Assembly (NCBI GenBank): GCA_026994745.1
Contig: JALWPZ010000155.1
Coordinates: 1 to 59,231 of the forward strand
DNA: 59,231 nucleotides
Reading direction: 5' to 3'
DNA from: Campylobacteraceae bacterium
GTDB taxonomy: Bacteria; Campylobacterota; Campylobacteria; Campylobacterales; Sulfurovaceae
Shown: one piece after another, positions 45,346 through 54,483 of the stretch
Position numbering within the stretch: position 1 is the first letter of the stretch
How the letters are laid out: each line of letters begins with the position of its first letter
Notes under the pieces: generated by a model
Database searches by the model: none
Told to the model about the DNA's origin: nothing
What the model saw: the letters and a program-made list of their open reading frames with translations, nothing else
Made by a program: the position numbers and the translations under genes

Positions 45346-46236
45346 CTACTCTTTCGATCGAACTCCTCCCCATTCCGCCAAAAGCATGGCGGCTACGATC
45401 AGCATTCCTCCCAGGACCTGGGAGAGACTCAGATCTTCCCCCGCATAGAGCACGCCGAAAAACGCGGCGCTGACCGGCTCCATGGCGAAGATGATCGCCG
45501 TACGGGTGGGAGTGGTGTAGCGTTGCATCCTCGTCTGGACCAGGAGGGCGAAGGCGGTGGCGAAGACTCCGGTGATTGCCAGAGAGAAGAGGAGTTGATC
45601 GTTCCAGACCTTCGGCCAGGTGAAGGGTTCGAAGAGCAGGGAGCTGAGGCCCGAGAGGAGGGTGACGGTGAGGAATTGTACCCCGACGAGCAGCCAGGTG
45701 TCGTAGCGGCGGGTGAAGTGGTCGGTCGCGACGATATGTAGAGCGAATAGCAGGGCACAGAGGAGTGTCAGCCACTCTCCGGTACCCAGCCTCAATGCAC
45801 CGTTGCTATCCTGGGGGGCGGTCAGGAACCAGAGGCCGATCAACGCCAGTACGGAGGCGTAGAGGGCGGTGTGTCTCGGTCTCCGTCCAAAGAGCGACCA
45901 GGCCGCCAGAGGAACGAGCACCACATAGAGTCCCGTCAGAAAGGCGGAGATCGATGCGCCGATACTGGCGAGCCCCAGGGTCTGGGTCCCGAAGGCCCCG
46001 AAATAGAGGAGTCCCAGGAGGATTCCGCTGCGGATCAGGCCCGCGTTCAATTGTTTCCTTCGGGTGTAGAACCATGGGCTCAGAACCAAAAAGGCGATGG
46101 CGAAGCGATAGAAGAGATAGGCGAAGACCGGCGTACTCTCCAGAGATTCCTTGACGACGACGAAGGTGGTTCCCCAGACGATGGCGACGGCGAGGAGGGA
46201 GAGGTCCGCAATGAGACGTTGTCGGTCGTTTTCCAT
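45346..46236 (-). CDS. DMT/EamA family transporter
   Basis: VWGTTF, YRFAIA, EPVSA; two EamA halves. Confidence 0.93.
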   Translation of the reverse strand: MENDRQRLIADLSLLAVAIVWGTTFVVVKESLESTPVFAYLFYRFAIAFLVLSPWFYTRRKQLNAGLIRSGILLGLLYFGAFGTQTLGLASIGASISAFLTGLYVVLVPLAAWSLFGRRPRHTALYASVLALIGLWFLTAPQDSNGALRLGTGEWLTLLCALLFALHIVATDHFTRRYDTWLLVGVQFLTVTLLSGLSSLLFEPFTWPKVWNDQLLFSLAITGVFATAFALLVQTRMQRYTTPTRTAIIFAMEPVSAAFFGVLYAGEDLSLSQVLGGMLIVAAMLLAEWGGVRSKE

Positions 46237-46353
46237 TCATATTTACCTATATCAATTTAAAATCCGCTTTTTTTCCTCTTCAAGTGCGGGGCATCATAGC
46301 AATTTTTAGATAAGCTTCACTACAATGTCCCCAAACAAAGTTCCGGAGCAGCG

Positions 46354-47097
46354 ATGAGCGATCAACCGATGATAGTGATGGAGAAGGTCAACAAATATTT
46401 TGGGGATTTCCATGCCCTAAAGAATATCGATTTTCAGGTTCAGCGCGGAGAGATCGTCGTGGTCTGTGGGCCCAGCGGAAGCGGGAAATCGACCTTGATC
46501 CGCTGCATCAACCGCCTGGAGGAGATCGACGAGGGACGGATCCTCGTGGATGGGAAGGATATCTACGACAAATCCACCGACATCAACGCCATTCGGGCGG
46601 AGGCGGGAATGGTCTTCCAGCACTTCAATCTTTTTCCCCATCTGACGATCCTCGAGAACATCACCATCGCCCAGAACAAGGTCAAGAAACGCCCGAAAAA
46701 AGAGGCGGAAGCCAAAGCGATGGAACTCTTGAAGAAGGTAGGGCTCGAGCATAAGGCCCACGACTATCCCAGTGCGCTCAGCGGCGGTCAGAAGCAGCGG
46801 GTGGCCATCGCACGTACCTTGGCCATGGAGCCCAAGGTGATCCTCTTCGACGAACCCACCAGCGCCCTGGACCCGGAGATGATCGGTGGGGTTCTGGATG
46901 TCATGCGGGATCTGGCGAAGGAGAATTACACCATCGTCTGTGTGACCCACGAGATGGGCTTCGCCAAAGAGGTTGGGGACAAAATCGTCTTCATGGACGA
47001 GGGGGTCATCATCGAAGAGGACACTCCGACGGAGTTCTTCGAACGTCCCAAGAGCGACCGGGCGAAAAAGTTCCTACAGGAGATCCTGACCCACTGA
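46354..47097 (+). CDS. Polar amino-acid ABC transporter ATPase (GlnQ-like)
   Basis: [28 protein letters not shown]. Confidence 0.96.
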   Translation: MSDQPMIVMEKVNKYFGDFHALKNIDFQVQRGEIVVVCGPSGSGKSTLIRCINRLEEIDEGRILVDGKDIYDKSTDINAIRAEAGMVFQHFNLFPHLTILENITIAQNKVKKRPKKEAEAKAMELLKKVGLEHKAHDYPSALSGGQKQRVAIARTLAMEPKVILFDEPTSALDPEMIGGVLDVMRDLAKENYTIVCVTHEMGFAKEVGDKIVFMDEGVIIEEDTPTEFFERPKSDRAKKFLQEILTH

Positions 47098-47120
47098 AAC
47101 GTGGGCGGAGGGAAAGGGAG

Positions 47121-47156
47121 CTTCGGAGATTCTGGGAATCTCCGGAGGTCTTTTTT
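47121..47156 (+). terminator. Intercistronic terminator-like hairpin
   Basis: CTTCGGAGATTC-TGG-GAATCTCCGGAG GTC TTTTTT. Confidence 0.55.
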
Positions 47157-47184
47157 CAAAGACGAAAATTTTCGAGGAGTGAAA

Positions 47185-47994
47185 ATGAAAAAGATATTCT
47201 TGGCACTGCTGGTGCTTTTCAGCGTTTCGGCCTTCGCCGACGATCCCCAGCTCTGGGAGAAGTCGACCCTCAACGAGATTCTGAAGCGCGGAGAGCTCCG
47301 GGTGGGGTTGGAACCGGGCTATATGCCCTTCGAGATGAAGGACAAGAAGGGGAACATCATCGGTTTCGATGTGGACATGGTCCGTCTGATGGCCAAGGAG
47401 ATGGGGGTCAAGCTCAAGCTGGTCCCCACGGCCTGGGATGGAATCATCGCGGGGCTCCTGACCCGTAAATACGACATCATCGCGTCGGGAATGACCATGA
47501 CCCAGAAGCGGAACCTGAAGGTCAACTTCGCCCACCCCTACATCTCTGCGGGTCAAACCCTGATCCTGCGGGAAGAGGTGGCTAAGACCGCCAAAACCTG
47601 GCAGGATCTGGACCGTCCCGATATCACTGTGGTGACCAAACTGGGGGTCACCGGGGAGATCGCGGCACGCAAAATGTTCAAAAAGGCCAAGATCCGGACC
47701 TTCGAGACCGAGGCGGATGCTGCCCAGGAGGTTCTCAACGGCAAAGCGGACGTTTTTGTCTACGACAAGCCTTACAACGTACTCTTCATGGCCAAGAAAG
47801 GAAAGGGCCACGGAATCGTACACTGGGACAAGGACCTGACCTTCGAACCCTTCGGTTGGGCGGTTCGCAAAGGGGATCCCGATTTCCTCAACTGGTTGAA
47901 CAATTTCCTCTACCAGATCAAGAACGACGGCCGCTATGACAAGATCTACAAGAAGTGGATGATCGACAGCAAATGGCTCAAGAGGGTCCAGTAA
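47185..47994 (+). CDS. Polar amino-acid ABC transporter substrate-binding protein
   Basis: Signal peptide; GFDVD, WDGII, SGMTMT..R. Confidence 0.95.
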   Translation: MKKIFLALLVLFSVSAFADDPQLWEKSTLNEILKRGELRVGLEPGYMPFEMKDKKGNIIGFDVDMVRLMAKEMGVKLKLVPTAWDGIIAGLLTRKYDIIASGMTMTQKRNLKVNFAHPYISAGQTLILREEVAKTAKTWQDLDRPDITVVTKLGVTGEIAARKMFKKAKIRTFETEADAAQEVLNGKADVFVYDKPYNVLFMAKKGKGHGIVHWDKDLTFEPFGWAVRKGDPDFLNWLNNFLYQIKNDGRYDKIYKKWMIDSKWLKRVQ

Positions 47995-47996
47995 GA

Positions 47997-48968
47997 ATGC
48001 CGAAACATCGTTCCGGGCTCCTGGAGAGTCCCGCGTTCGGAAAGCTGGGAGCGACACTCTTCTATCTGCTCCTGGCTGTCGCCCTCTTCATCGCAGCGAG
48101 CCGTATGAACTATTCCTGGAAATGGAACAGTGTTCCGAAATATTTCGCCTACGAAAAGGTCGAGACGATTCCCGCCGATTTCGACGGTACGGTGAAAATC
48201 GACGGGAATCGCCTCCTACTGATCGGTGAGGATGGGGAGAAGAAGAGTTACACCATCCCCGACGGTTACAAACCGGTGGTCAAAGATGGGGAGGAGATCT
48301 ACGGCGGGGATCCCCTCGCCGAATACAAACATTGGGTGCCCGGTCCATTGATCAACGGCCTGATCGTCACCCTGAAGGTCTCGGGCCTGGCAGCGGTCCT
48401 GGCCTTCTTCATCGCGGTTCTGCTGGCCTTCATGCGCATCAGCAAATATCCGGTACTGCAGTACATCGCCAGCGCCTACATCACCGTGATCCGGGGAACG
48501 CCGTTGCTGGTGCAGATCTTCATCTTCTACTTTATCATCGCGACGATCTTCGAGATGCCGCGATTCTATGCCGGAGCCATGTCTCTGGGGCTCTTTTATG
48601 GCGCCTACATCGCCGAAGTTCTCCGGGGCGCCATCCAGTCCATCGACCGGGGGCAGTACGAGGCGGCCAAATCCCTGGGGATGAACTACGTTCAGACCAT
48701 GAGCCACATCATCATGCCTCAGGCGCTCAAAAGGGCTCTGCCGGCATTGGTGGGGGAGATGATCGCCCTGGTCAAGGACTCCTCCCTGGTCTCGGTCATC
48801 TCCATTACCGATCTGACGAAGGTGGGGCGGGAGATCGTCGCCAACACCTTCAGCCCTTTCGAGACTTGGCTGATCGTCGCGGCGATGTACTTCGCCATCA
48901 CTTCGATCCTCTCCTACGCCGGCCATCGCTTGGAGAAGCGAATGAAGGTCAAAGGCGGAATGGCGTAG
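47997..48968 (+). CDS. Polar amino-acid ABC permease with periplasmic insertion
   Basis: IRGTPLLVQ, AYIAEVLRG, GQYEAAKSLG, LVKDSSL. Confidence 0.95.
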   Translation: MPKHRSGLLESPAFGKLGATLFYLLLAVALFIAASRMNYSWKWNSVPKYFAYEKVETIPADFDGTVKIDGNRLLLIGEDGEKKSYTIPDGYKPVVKDGEEIYGGDPLAEYKHWVPGPLINGLIVTLKVSGLAAVLAFFIAVLLAFMRISKYPVLQYIASAYITVIRGTPLLVQIFIFYFIIATIFEMPRFYAGAMSLGLFYGAYIAEVLRGAIQSIDRGQYEAAKSLGMNYVQTMSHIIMPQALKRALPALVGEMIALVKDSSLVSVISITDLTKVGREIVANTFSPFETWLIVAAMYFAITSILSYAGHRLEKRMKVKGGMA

Positions 48969-48973
48969 AACAG

Positions 48974-49032
48974 AGCGAAGAGTGAGAAGTGAGGAGTGAA
49001 GAGTTTCGGTTTGGGTTGCTTGGCAACGCTTT
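48974..49032 (-). repeat. Heptamer-flanked palindromic element, copy 3
   Basis: AGCGAAG AGTGAGA AGTGAGG AGTGAAG AG TTTCGGTTT GGGTTGC-TTG-GCAACGC TTT. Confidence 0.88.
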
Positions 49033-49122
49033 CTGATAGGGATGGGAGGGTAAAGAGGTAGTTGTCTCTATCCCTCTCACCTGTGCGAAGAGAGATCCTG
49101 TCTTGACACCTTTTTTAAGCGA

Positions 49123-49683
49123 CTAGAATTTGTAACTGACCGATCCAATGAAGATGTCGATGCCGTCGTTGGGCTGTTTGATGGAGGCGTTGGAATAGTG
49201 CATATAGCGGAAGCTGAAGTCCCAGTCTCCGACGTGCACTCCGGTGCCGATCCGGTCTTCGAAGAGGAAGTTGGTGGAGAGATTCCGGGGTCCCATTCGG
49301 GTCTCGGTCCATAGGGAGGCTCCGATCCCCGCTTCCAGGTAGGGGTTGACGCCGTCACCCATACTGAAGTAGTAGGCGAAGACGGGGGAGAGAGCGATCC
49401 CGAAGTTTTCATCTCCCCGACCGTTCCAGTAGTTGAGGCTCCCCTCCCAATAGCCGGAGAGGTATCCAACCGAGCTTTCGAACCAGTGGCTGGAGAAATC
49501 CTTTCGGAGTCCCAGACGGTAGATGTCGATGTTGTCCTTGCTCTGCCCGTAGCCGAGGGTAACGGCGTCGATCCAGCCACTCTCTGTCGTGGGCTCCGGC
49601 GTAGGTGTCAGATCTCCACCAGCCCAGAGCAGGCTGCCCAGCAGAAGCGATGCCAATGAGACTTTCAATACGTTCCGATCCAT
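49123..49683 (-). CDS. PagL-like lipid A 3-O-deacylase / acyloxyacyl hydrolase
   Basis: PYLEAGIG, FLFEDRIG, RYMHYSNASIKQPNDG, C-terminal YKF. Confidence 0.88.
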   Translation of the reverse strand: MDRNVLKVSLASLLLGSLLWAGGDLTPTPEPTTESGWIDAVTLGYGQSKDNIDIYRLGLRKDFSSHWFESSVGYLSGYWEGSLNYWNGRGDENFGIALSPVFAYYFSMGDGVNPYLEAGIGASLWTETRMGPRNLSTNFLFEDRIGTGVHVGDWDFSFRYMHYSNASIKQPNDGIDIFIGSVSYKF

Positions 49684-49770
49684 AACGATCCTCCATCGAT
49701 CTTGTTAATTGTCAGTTTACTTTTTTTTCTTGAAAAAGAGGTAAATCCTTGGGGATTTTCCTAGGGCGGG

Positions 49771-50706
49771 TCAAAATTTATACCCGTGGTAGGGGCGAGA
49801 GTAGGGTTTGACATATCCGCCGGTGTCGAAGTCGTGGCCGAAGGGAACATAGGTATAGGGTGCCTGGTAGTAGTTGAAGATCTTCGCGGTCTTCTTCCAA
49901 CCCGCATCGTGGAGGATCTGGGAGAGGTTGAGTCCCACCCCGAGATAGAGTACCCTCTCTTTCTGACTGTACTTGTCGTGCGCCTGATAGCCCCGGGTAT
50001 AGTATCCGACCTGTAGTTCGGTATATTTCAACAATCCCTTGTTCAGGGAGTCGAAGCCGCTGGCTTTGAAGGCCAGGACATACTTCATGGAGTTGTACTG
50101 GGTGAAGAGGTCCCCGCCGTTGGAGAAGTCGGGGAGATACTCCAGACGGAGGTCGACCCGCTTCTTGATGGCAGGGTATTTCTCCCGAAGATAGTAGAAG
50201 ATGGCCCCCACGGTATTCATGGTCATATCCTCGTAGGAGAAGCCCTGACTATCGCTGAAAGAATCTCCGATCTCCATGAGCCCCTGAACCATCCAGGCAG
50301 AGAAGGGGCCGTAGATCCGGGAGCGTTCCTCGTCCATTCCCCAATACTCGTAGAGGGAGGCGAATCCCAGGCTCCAGAGGTAGGTGGAGTAGAGATGCCC
50401 CAGCTTGTCGGCGCCGCCGTACTTGGTATCTTTTCCGAACCACCCCTCGTTGTGCATCTGGGGGTTGGCTTTGAAATAATCCCAGAACGCGACCCCCCAG
50501 GCGACCACCAGACCGGTGGCGGCCACATTGGTGTAAAAGACCCGCTGCTGCAGTTCCCCTTCGTCTTTGGCTTCGTTGAGGAGAGACCAGTCGCTCCAGT
50601 GACTTTCGGAGAGATTACCATCCTCTCCATTCTCGCTCGAAAGATCTCCCCCTCCCCAGGCGAGAGAAGCGGAAACAAACGCACTCAGTAGGATTTTTCG
50701 ATACAT
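49771..50706 (-). CDS. DUF2279/YfiM-like secreted or outer-membrane protein
   Basis: GGADKLGH, MEIGD, GFSYEDMTMN; signal peptide. Confidence 0.8.
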   Translation of the reverse strand: MYRKILLSAFVSASLAWGGGDLSSENGEDGNLSESHWSDWSLLNEAKDEGELQQRVFYTNVAATGLVVAWGVAFWDYFKANPQMHNEGWFGKDTKYGGADKLGHLYSTYLWSLGFASLYEYWGMDEERSRIYGPFSAWMVQGLMEIGDSFSDSQGFSYEDMTMNTVGAIFYYLREKYPAIKKRVDLRLEYLPDFSNGGDLFTQYNSMKYVLAFKASGFDSLNKGLLKYTELQVGYYTRGYQAHDKYSQKERVLYLGVGLNLSQILHDAGWKKTAKIFNYYQAPYTYVPFGHDFDTGGYVKPYSRPYHGYKF

Positions 50707-50867
50707 AGAAGCACTTTATATGATATTAAAAAATATAATCATTATATCTTTGAATATTATATACAAAATTCACTTGTGGCGTGGTTTCAAAGTTCCAGGG
50801 GTCCCATTCCATGGGGTTGGTTTGTGGAAGGAAGGAGCGTTGTCGGAAAAGGGATCAGTGAATGGTT

Positions 50868-51422
50868 TCAGTCCGTGGCTCGATCCGGTGAAGTTGTACC
50901 GGAGTTTTCCCGAAGTTTCCTTTCTCGGATGATCTGCTCTTTTCGGTGTTTCTCCTTGCGGACGGAGCGGATCCAAAGCCAGTTGATCAGGAGATAGACC
51001 AGGTAGCTGACGACGATGGAATAGAAAGCGGTACCGACATAGAGGGGTACGACGATATCGCTCCAGTGCTGGCTGAACCAGTCGAGGCTGAGCTCCACGT
51101 TCTCTAGCCCAGGCTTCCCCAGGATCAGGTTTCCGGTGAGGTACTCCATGTAGTACATCTCCGGCATGGTGAACGGGTTGGAGAGCCAGACCATGCTGAT
51201 GGCGATGGGGACATTGAAACGTAGCAGGGGCGTGGTGAGGATCACCGCCAGCATCTGCATCGGCATGGGAATGAATCCCCAGAAAAGCCCTACCAGAACC
51301 CCCCGCGAGACGGAACGTCGGTTGATGGAGAAATATTCCCTGGGAATCTTGTATTTCTCCAGCAGTTTTCCGATCTTGCTGTCGGGATCGTGGCTCTTTT
51401 TCTTGAAGACTTTTCGGATCAT
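50868..51422 (-). CDS. DUF2062 membrane protein
   Basis: NRRSVSRG, FIPMPMQ, WLSNPFT. Confidence 0.88.
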   Translation of the reverse strand: MIRKVFKKKSHDPDSKIGKLLEKYKIPREYFSINRRSVSRGVLVGLFWGFIPMPMQMLAVILTTPLLRFNVPIAISMVWLSNPFTMPEMYYMEYLTGNLILGKPGLENVELSLDWFSQHWSDIVVPLYVGTAFYSIVVSYLVYLLINWLWIRSVRKEKHRKEQIIRERKLRENSGTTSPDRATD

Positions 51423-51429
51423 CGGGCAC

Positions 51430-52128
51430 TCAGCCTTCCCGGAAGAGTGCCGAACCGATACGGACCATATTGGATCCGCACTCGATCGCCAGTTCGAAAT
51501 CCCCGCTCATTCCCATGGAGCAGATCTCCGCTCCCTCGCCTTGCAACTCGTCAAAGATTTTGCGGGTGGTCTCGAAACTCTGTCGGATCGGATCTCTCTC
51601 CTCGGTGTGGGCTCCGATGGTCATGACCCCCCGCAGTCGGATCCGGGAAAAGCGTTCCCGGATCTCCCGATAGGTTTGGACCGCCTCTTCGGGATCTACC
51701 CCCGCCTTGCTCTCTTCCCGGGCGCTGTTGATCTGTAGGAGGCAGTCCATGTGGCTCTCTTTGGCCTCCAGACGTTTGTGCAGAGCTTCGGCCAGCTCCA
51801 GGGAATCGAGAGATTGCAACAGAAAGGGGTTCAGATCGATGAGTTTGTTGATCTTGTTCTTCTGGAGACGTCCGATCATATGCCACTCTAGAGGTAGATC
51901 CTCCGTCTCCTCCATCCGTTGGGCCAGCTGCTGGACCTGATTCTCCCCGAAGGCCCGCTGACCCAGCTCATAGAGGGTCCGGACATTCTTCAGGGCGGTG
52001 TATTTGCTCACGACCACCAGCTTGACGATGTGATGCTCGTCCACCTTGATCCGGGCATCCTCGATCCGTTGGATCACCGCGTCCAGATTTCTGCTCAACT
52101 GCTCTTCGCTCAAAACGGCCTCAGCCAT
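51430..52128 (-). CDS. yggS: PLP homeostasis protein
   Basis: VVSK, FGENQVQ, WHMIGRLQKNK, SMGMSGDF, VRIGSALF. Confidence 0.95.
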   Translation of the reverse strand: MAEAVLSEEQLSRNLDAVIQRIEDARIKVDEHHIVKLVVVSKYTALKNVRTLYELGQRAFGENQVQQLAQRMEETEDLPLEWHMIGRLQKNKINKLIDLNPFLLQSLDSLELAEALHKRLEAKESHMDCLLQINSAREESKAGVDPEEAVQTYREIRERFSRIRLRGVMTIGAHTEERDPIRQSFETTRKIFDELQGEGAEICSMGMSGDFELAIECGSNMVRIGSALFREG

Positions 52129-53218
52129 GGGTACCTCCCCAGATTCGATGAATGTCGTTGTAGAGTCCCAGGAACATGATCCCTCCCAGAATGAACCAGC
52201 CCACGACTGTCAGGCGATAGTAGACCGCTTCGCTGGGGGCTCTCCGTGCGACGATCTCATAGAGATTGAAAAGAATGTGCCCCCCGTCCAGGGCGGGGAT
52301 GGGCAACAGGTTGAGGATCCCCAGGTTCACGGAGATCAGTGCCATGATAAAGAGAAGATAGACGAATCCCGCCTGGGCGAACTTCATCATCACGTCGAAG
52401 ATAGTGATGGGGCCGCCCACATTCTCCGTTCCCACTTCTCCGGTGGTCATCTTGGCGATCCCTTTGGTGATAAGGAGGGAAGCCTTCTTGGTTTCGTTCC
52501 AGGCGTAGAAGAGGGCTTCGGAGGGGGTGAATCGGATGATCGTATCTTTGGTCACCTTGGGCGAGATCCCGATGATCCGGCGCTGGATCTTCTGCATGAA
52601 TTCGTTCTTCGATTCCACCACCTTGGTGTGGAGCTCGAGATCGAGGCGCTTTGTACCCCGTTGGATCGTTATGAGGATGGGATCCGGAGCTTTCTGGATC
52701 GCCTCTCCGATCTGATACCAGTAACGAAGGGGCTCTCCATTCACGGCCAGGATCCGATCTCCAGGCTTCAGGCCCGCTTGGGCCGCCGGAGTGTCTGGAG
52801 CGACCTGTCCCACCACCGGAGGGATGTAGTCTTTCGCTGCGAGGAGCGGGGCGCCCATCCATGCGATCCCCAGATAGATGAAAAAAGCCAGGATCAGGTT
52901 GGCGGCGGGGCCGGCCAGCAGGATCAGGATCCTCTGCCAGGGGCTCTTGGAATTGTAACTGTCCGGATCGCTGCTGGTGGCGAGGGGATCGCTGTCGTCC
53001 TGGCCCTTCATTTTGACGTAGCCGCCCAGGGGAATGGCGCTGAAGGCCCACTCGGTCCCACAGCAGTGTTTCCGGGCCAGTACCTTGCCGAAACCGATGC
53101 TGAAGCGCTCGATCTTCACTCCCATTAGGCGGGCGACGGTGAAGTGCCCCAGTTCGTGAAAAAAGACCAGTACCGAGAGCGCCGCCAATGCGACCAGCAG
53201 ATAGAGAAGAAGACTCAT
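52121..53218 (-). CDS. rseP: RIP metalloprotease RseP
   Basis: HELGH, PLGGYVKM, PDZ domain, NLLPIPALDGG. Confidence 0.96.
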   Translation of the reverse strand: MSLLLYLLVALAALSVLVFFHELGHFTVARLMGVKIERFSIGFGKVLARKHCCGTEWAFSAIPLGGYVKMKGQDDSDPLATSSDPDSYNSKSPWQRILILLAGPAANLILAFFIYLGIAWMGAPLLAAKDYIPPVVGQVAPDTPAAQAGLKPGDRILAVNGEPLRYWYQIGEAIQKAPDPILITIQRGTKRLDLELHTKVVESKNEFMQKIQRRIIGISPKVTKDTIIRFTPSEALFYAWNETKKASLLITKGIAKMTTGEVGTENVGGPITIFDVMMKFAQAGFVYLLFIMALISVNLGILNLLPIPALDGGHILFNLYEIVARRAPSEAVYYRLTVVGWFILGGIMFLGLYNDIHRIWGGTHG

Positions 53219-53321
53219 GAAACTCCCGATTTTTTATCAGGATTATAACCAAAAAGCGTTCAACGCTCCGTTCATGGAACTTGTGTTAAAATTGAAACAA
53301 TCCCGACATAAAGGAGTCATG

Positions 53322-54473
53322 ATGGCCGAAGAGAAGCGTGAAGAGATGGTCGAACAGGAAGTGGAGGAGCTCAGGGAAGATAGGGAGGAAGCCTCCGCGA
53401 AGGAAGGGGAGGAGGAGGTGGCAGAGCCTTCCGAAGAGCCCTCCGACGAGTCGATGGAAAAGGCAAAGTCCGATCTTCCCCAGCCAGTGGAAGAGGAGAG
53501 CGAAGAGCCGGAGGAAAAGGAAGAGGCTCCCGCCGCCGTTGCCGTTACGGGAGACAAGAACGAGTTGGCCCAACGAAAAGTGGCGGCGGCCCGGGAACGG
53601 GTCCGCAGTGCCGAGGAGGAGATCGAAGAGTGCCTCCGGAACATCGAAGAGGATGTCCAGCGCTTCGAGAGTTACGAGAGAGAGGAGCTCCTGCCCGTGA
53701 TCCTCAAGAGCCGTCATCTGCTCGAGGAGGTGGGGGTGGACGACCTTCCCGAGGGATCGGAGCTCCTGCCCGAACTGGAGCTGGTGGATCCAAACGAGGA
53801 GAAGATGCGGATCGAGGATATCTCCAGCGGGAAAGTGGGGGCCTTCTTCCTCTCGCTCTTCGGAGGGGTGGTCGCGCTGTTGATCTGGTATCTCTTCGCT
53901 GTGAAGAAGGCGGCGGTGGAGTTGATCCCGCAGAACGTGCCGGATCTCGGGTTCTTCTCGAAATTGGCCGCCGCCGTCGCCAATGCCTTCGGGCAGGGGG
54001 AGAATCCCTCGGTCGGATACGCGATCGTGGTCGGAACGACCCTGGTGGTGATGTGGTTGATCTACGCCATTCTCGTTGCGGTACGCACGTCCCGCAATGT
54101 CCGGCACGCTCAGGAGGTGGAAGAGGCCGCCGGGTTCTACTGCAAGAAAAAAGAGGAGTGCAAGGAGAAGATGAAAGAGGTCCGGGAGCATCTCGAAAGC
54201 CTGGACAGAACCGTCCGGAAATACGAAGTGATCCTGGCGGAACTCAATGCGATCCTCAATCGGGCCCTGCATGTGGAGGGAGTCCAGAACTTCGAGGAAC
54301 TTCACGCCAAAACCCAGCGATCGGTCCGGGAACTTCAAGCCCTTCTCAAGGAGCTCGATGCACTCCTGGCGACTCCCATGGCACGGTCGGGGTTGCTGAC
54401 CCCCGAAAGCGTCGAAGCTCTCCGACGGGCCAAGCGCGTCGTCAACGACCACATTCTCCATCTCTACAGCTGA
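53322..54473 (+). CDS. Hypothetical protein with acidic N-terminus, two TM helices and coiled coils
   Basis: AAGGAG SD at 53311-53316; Glu-rich low-complexity N-terminus. Confidence 0.8.
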   Translation: MAEEKREEMVEQEVEELREDREEASAKEGEEEVAEPSEEPSDESMEKAKSDLPQPVEEESEEPEEKEEAPAAVAVTGDKNELAQRKVAAARERVRSAEEEIEECLRNIEEDVQRFESYEREELLPVILKSRHLLEEVGVDDLPEGSELLPELELVDPNEEKMRIEDISSGKVGAFFLSLFGGVVALLIWYLFAVKKAAVELIPQNVPDLGFFSKLAAAVANAFGQGENPSVGYAIVVGTTLVVMWLIYAILVAVRTSRNVRHAQEVEEAAGFYCKKKEECKEKMKEVREHLESLDRTVRKYEVILAELNAILNRALHVEGVQNFEELHAKTQRSVRELQALLKELDALLATPMARSGLLTPESVEALRRAKRVVNDHILHLYS

Positions 54474-54483
54474 CGCCCCGCGA

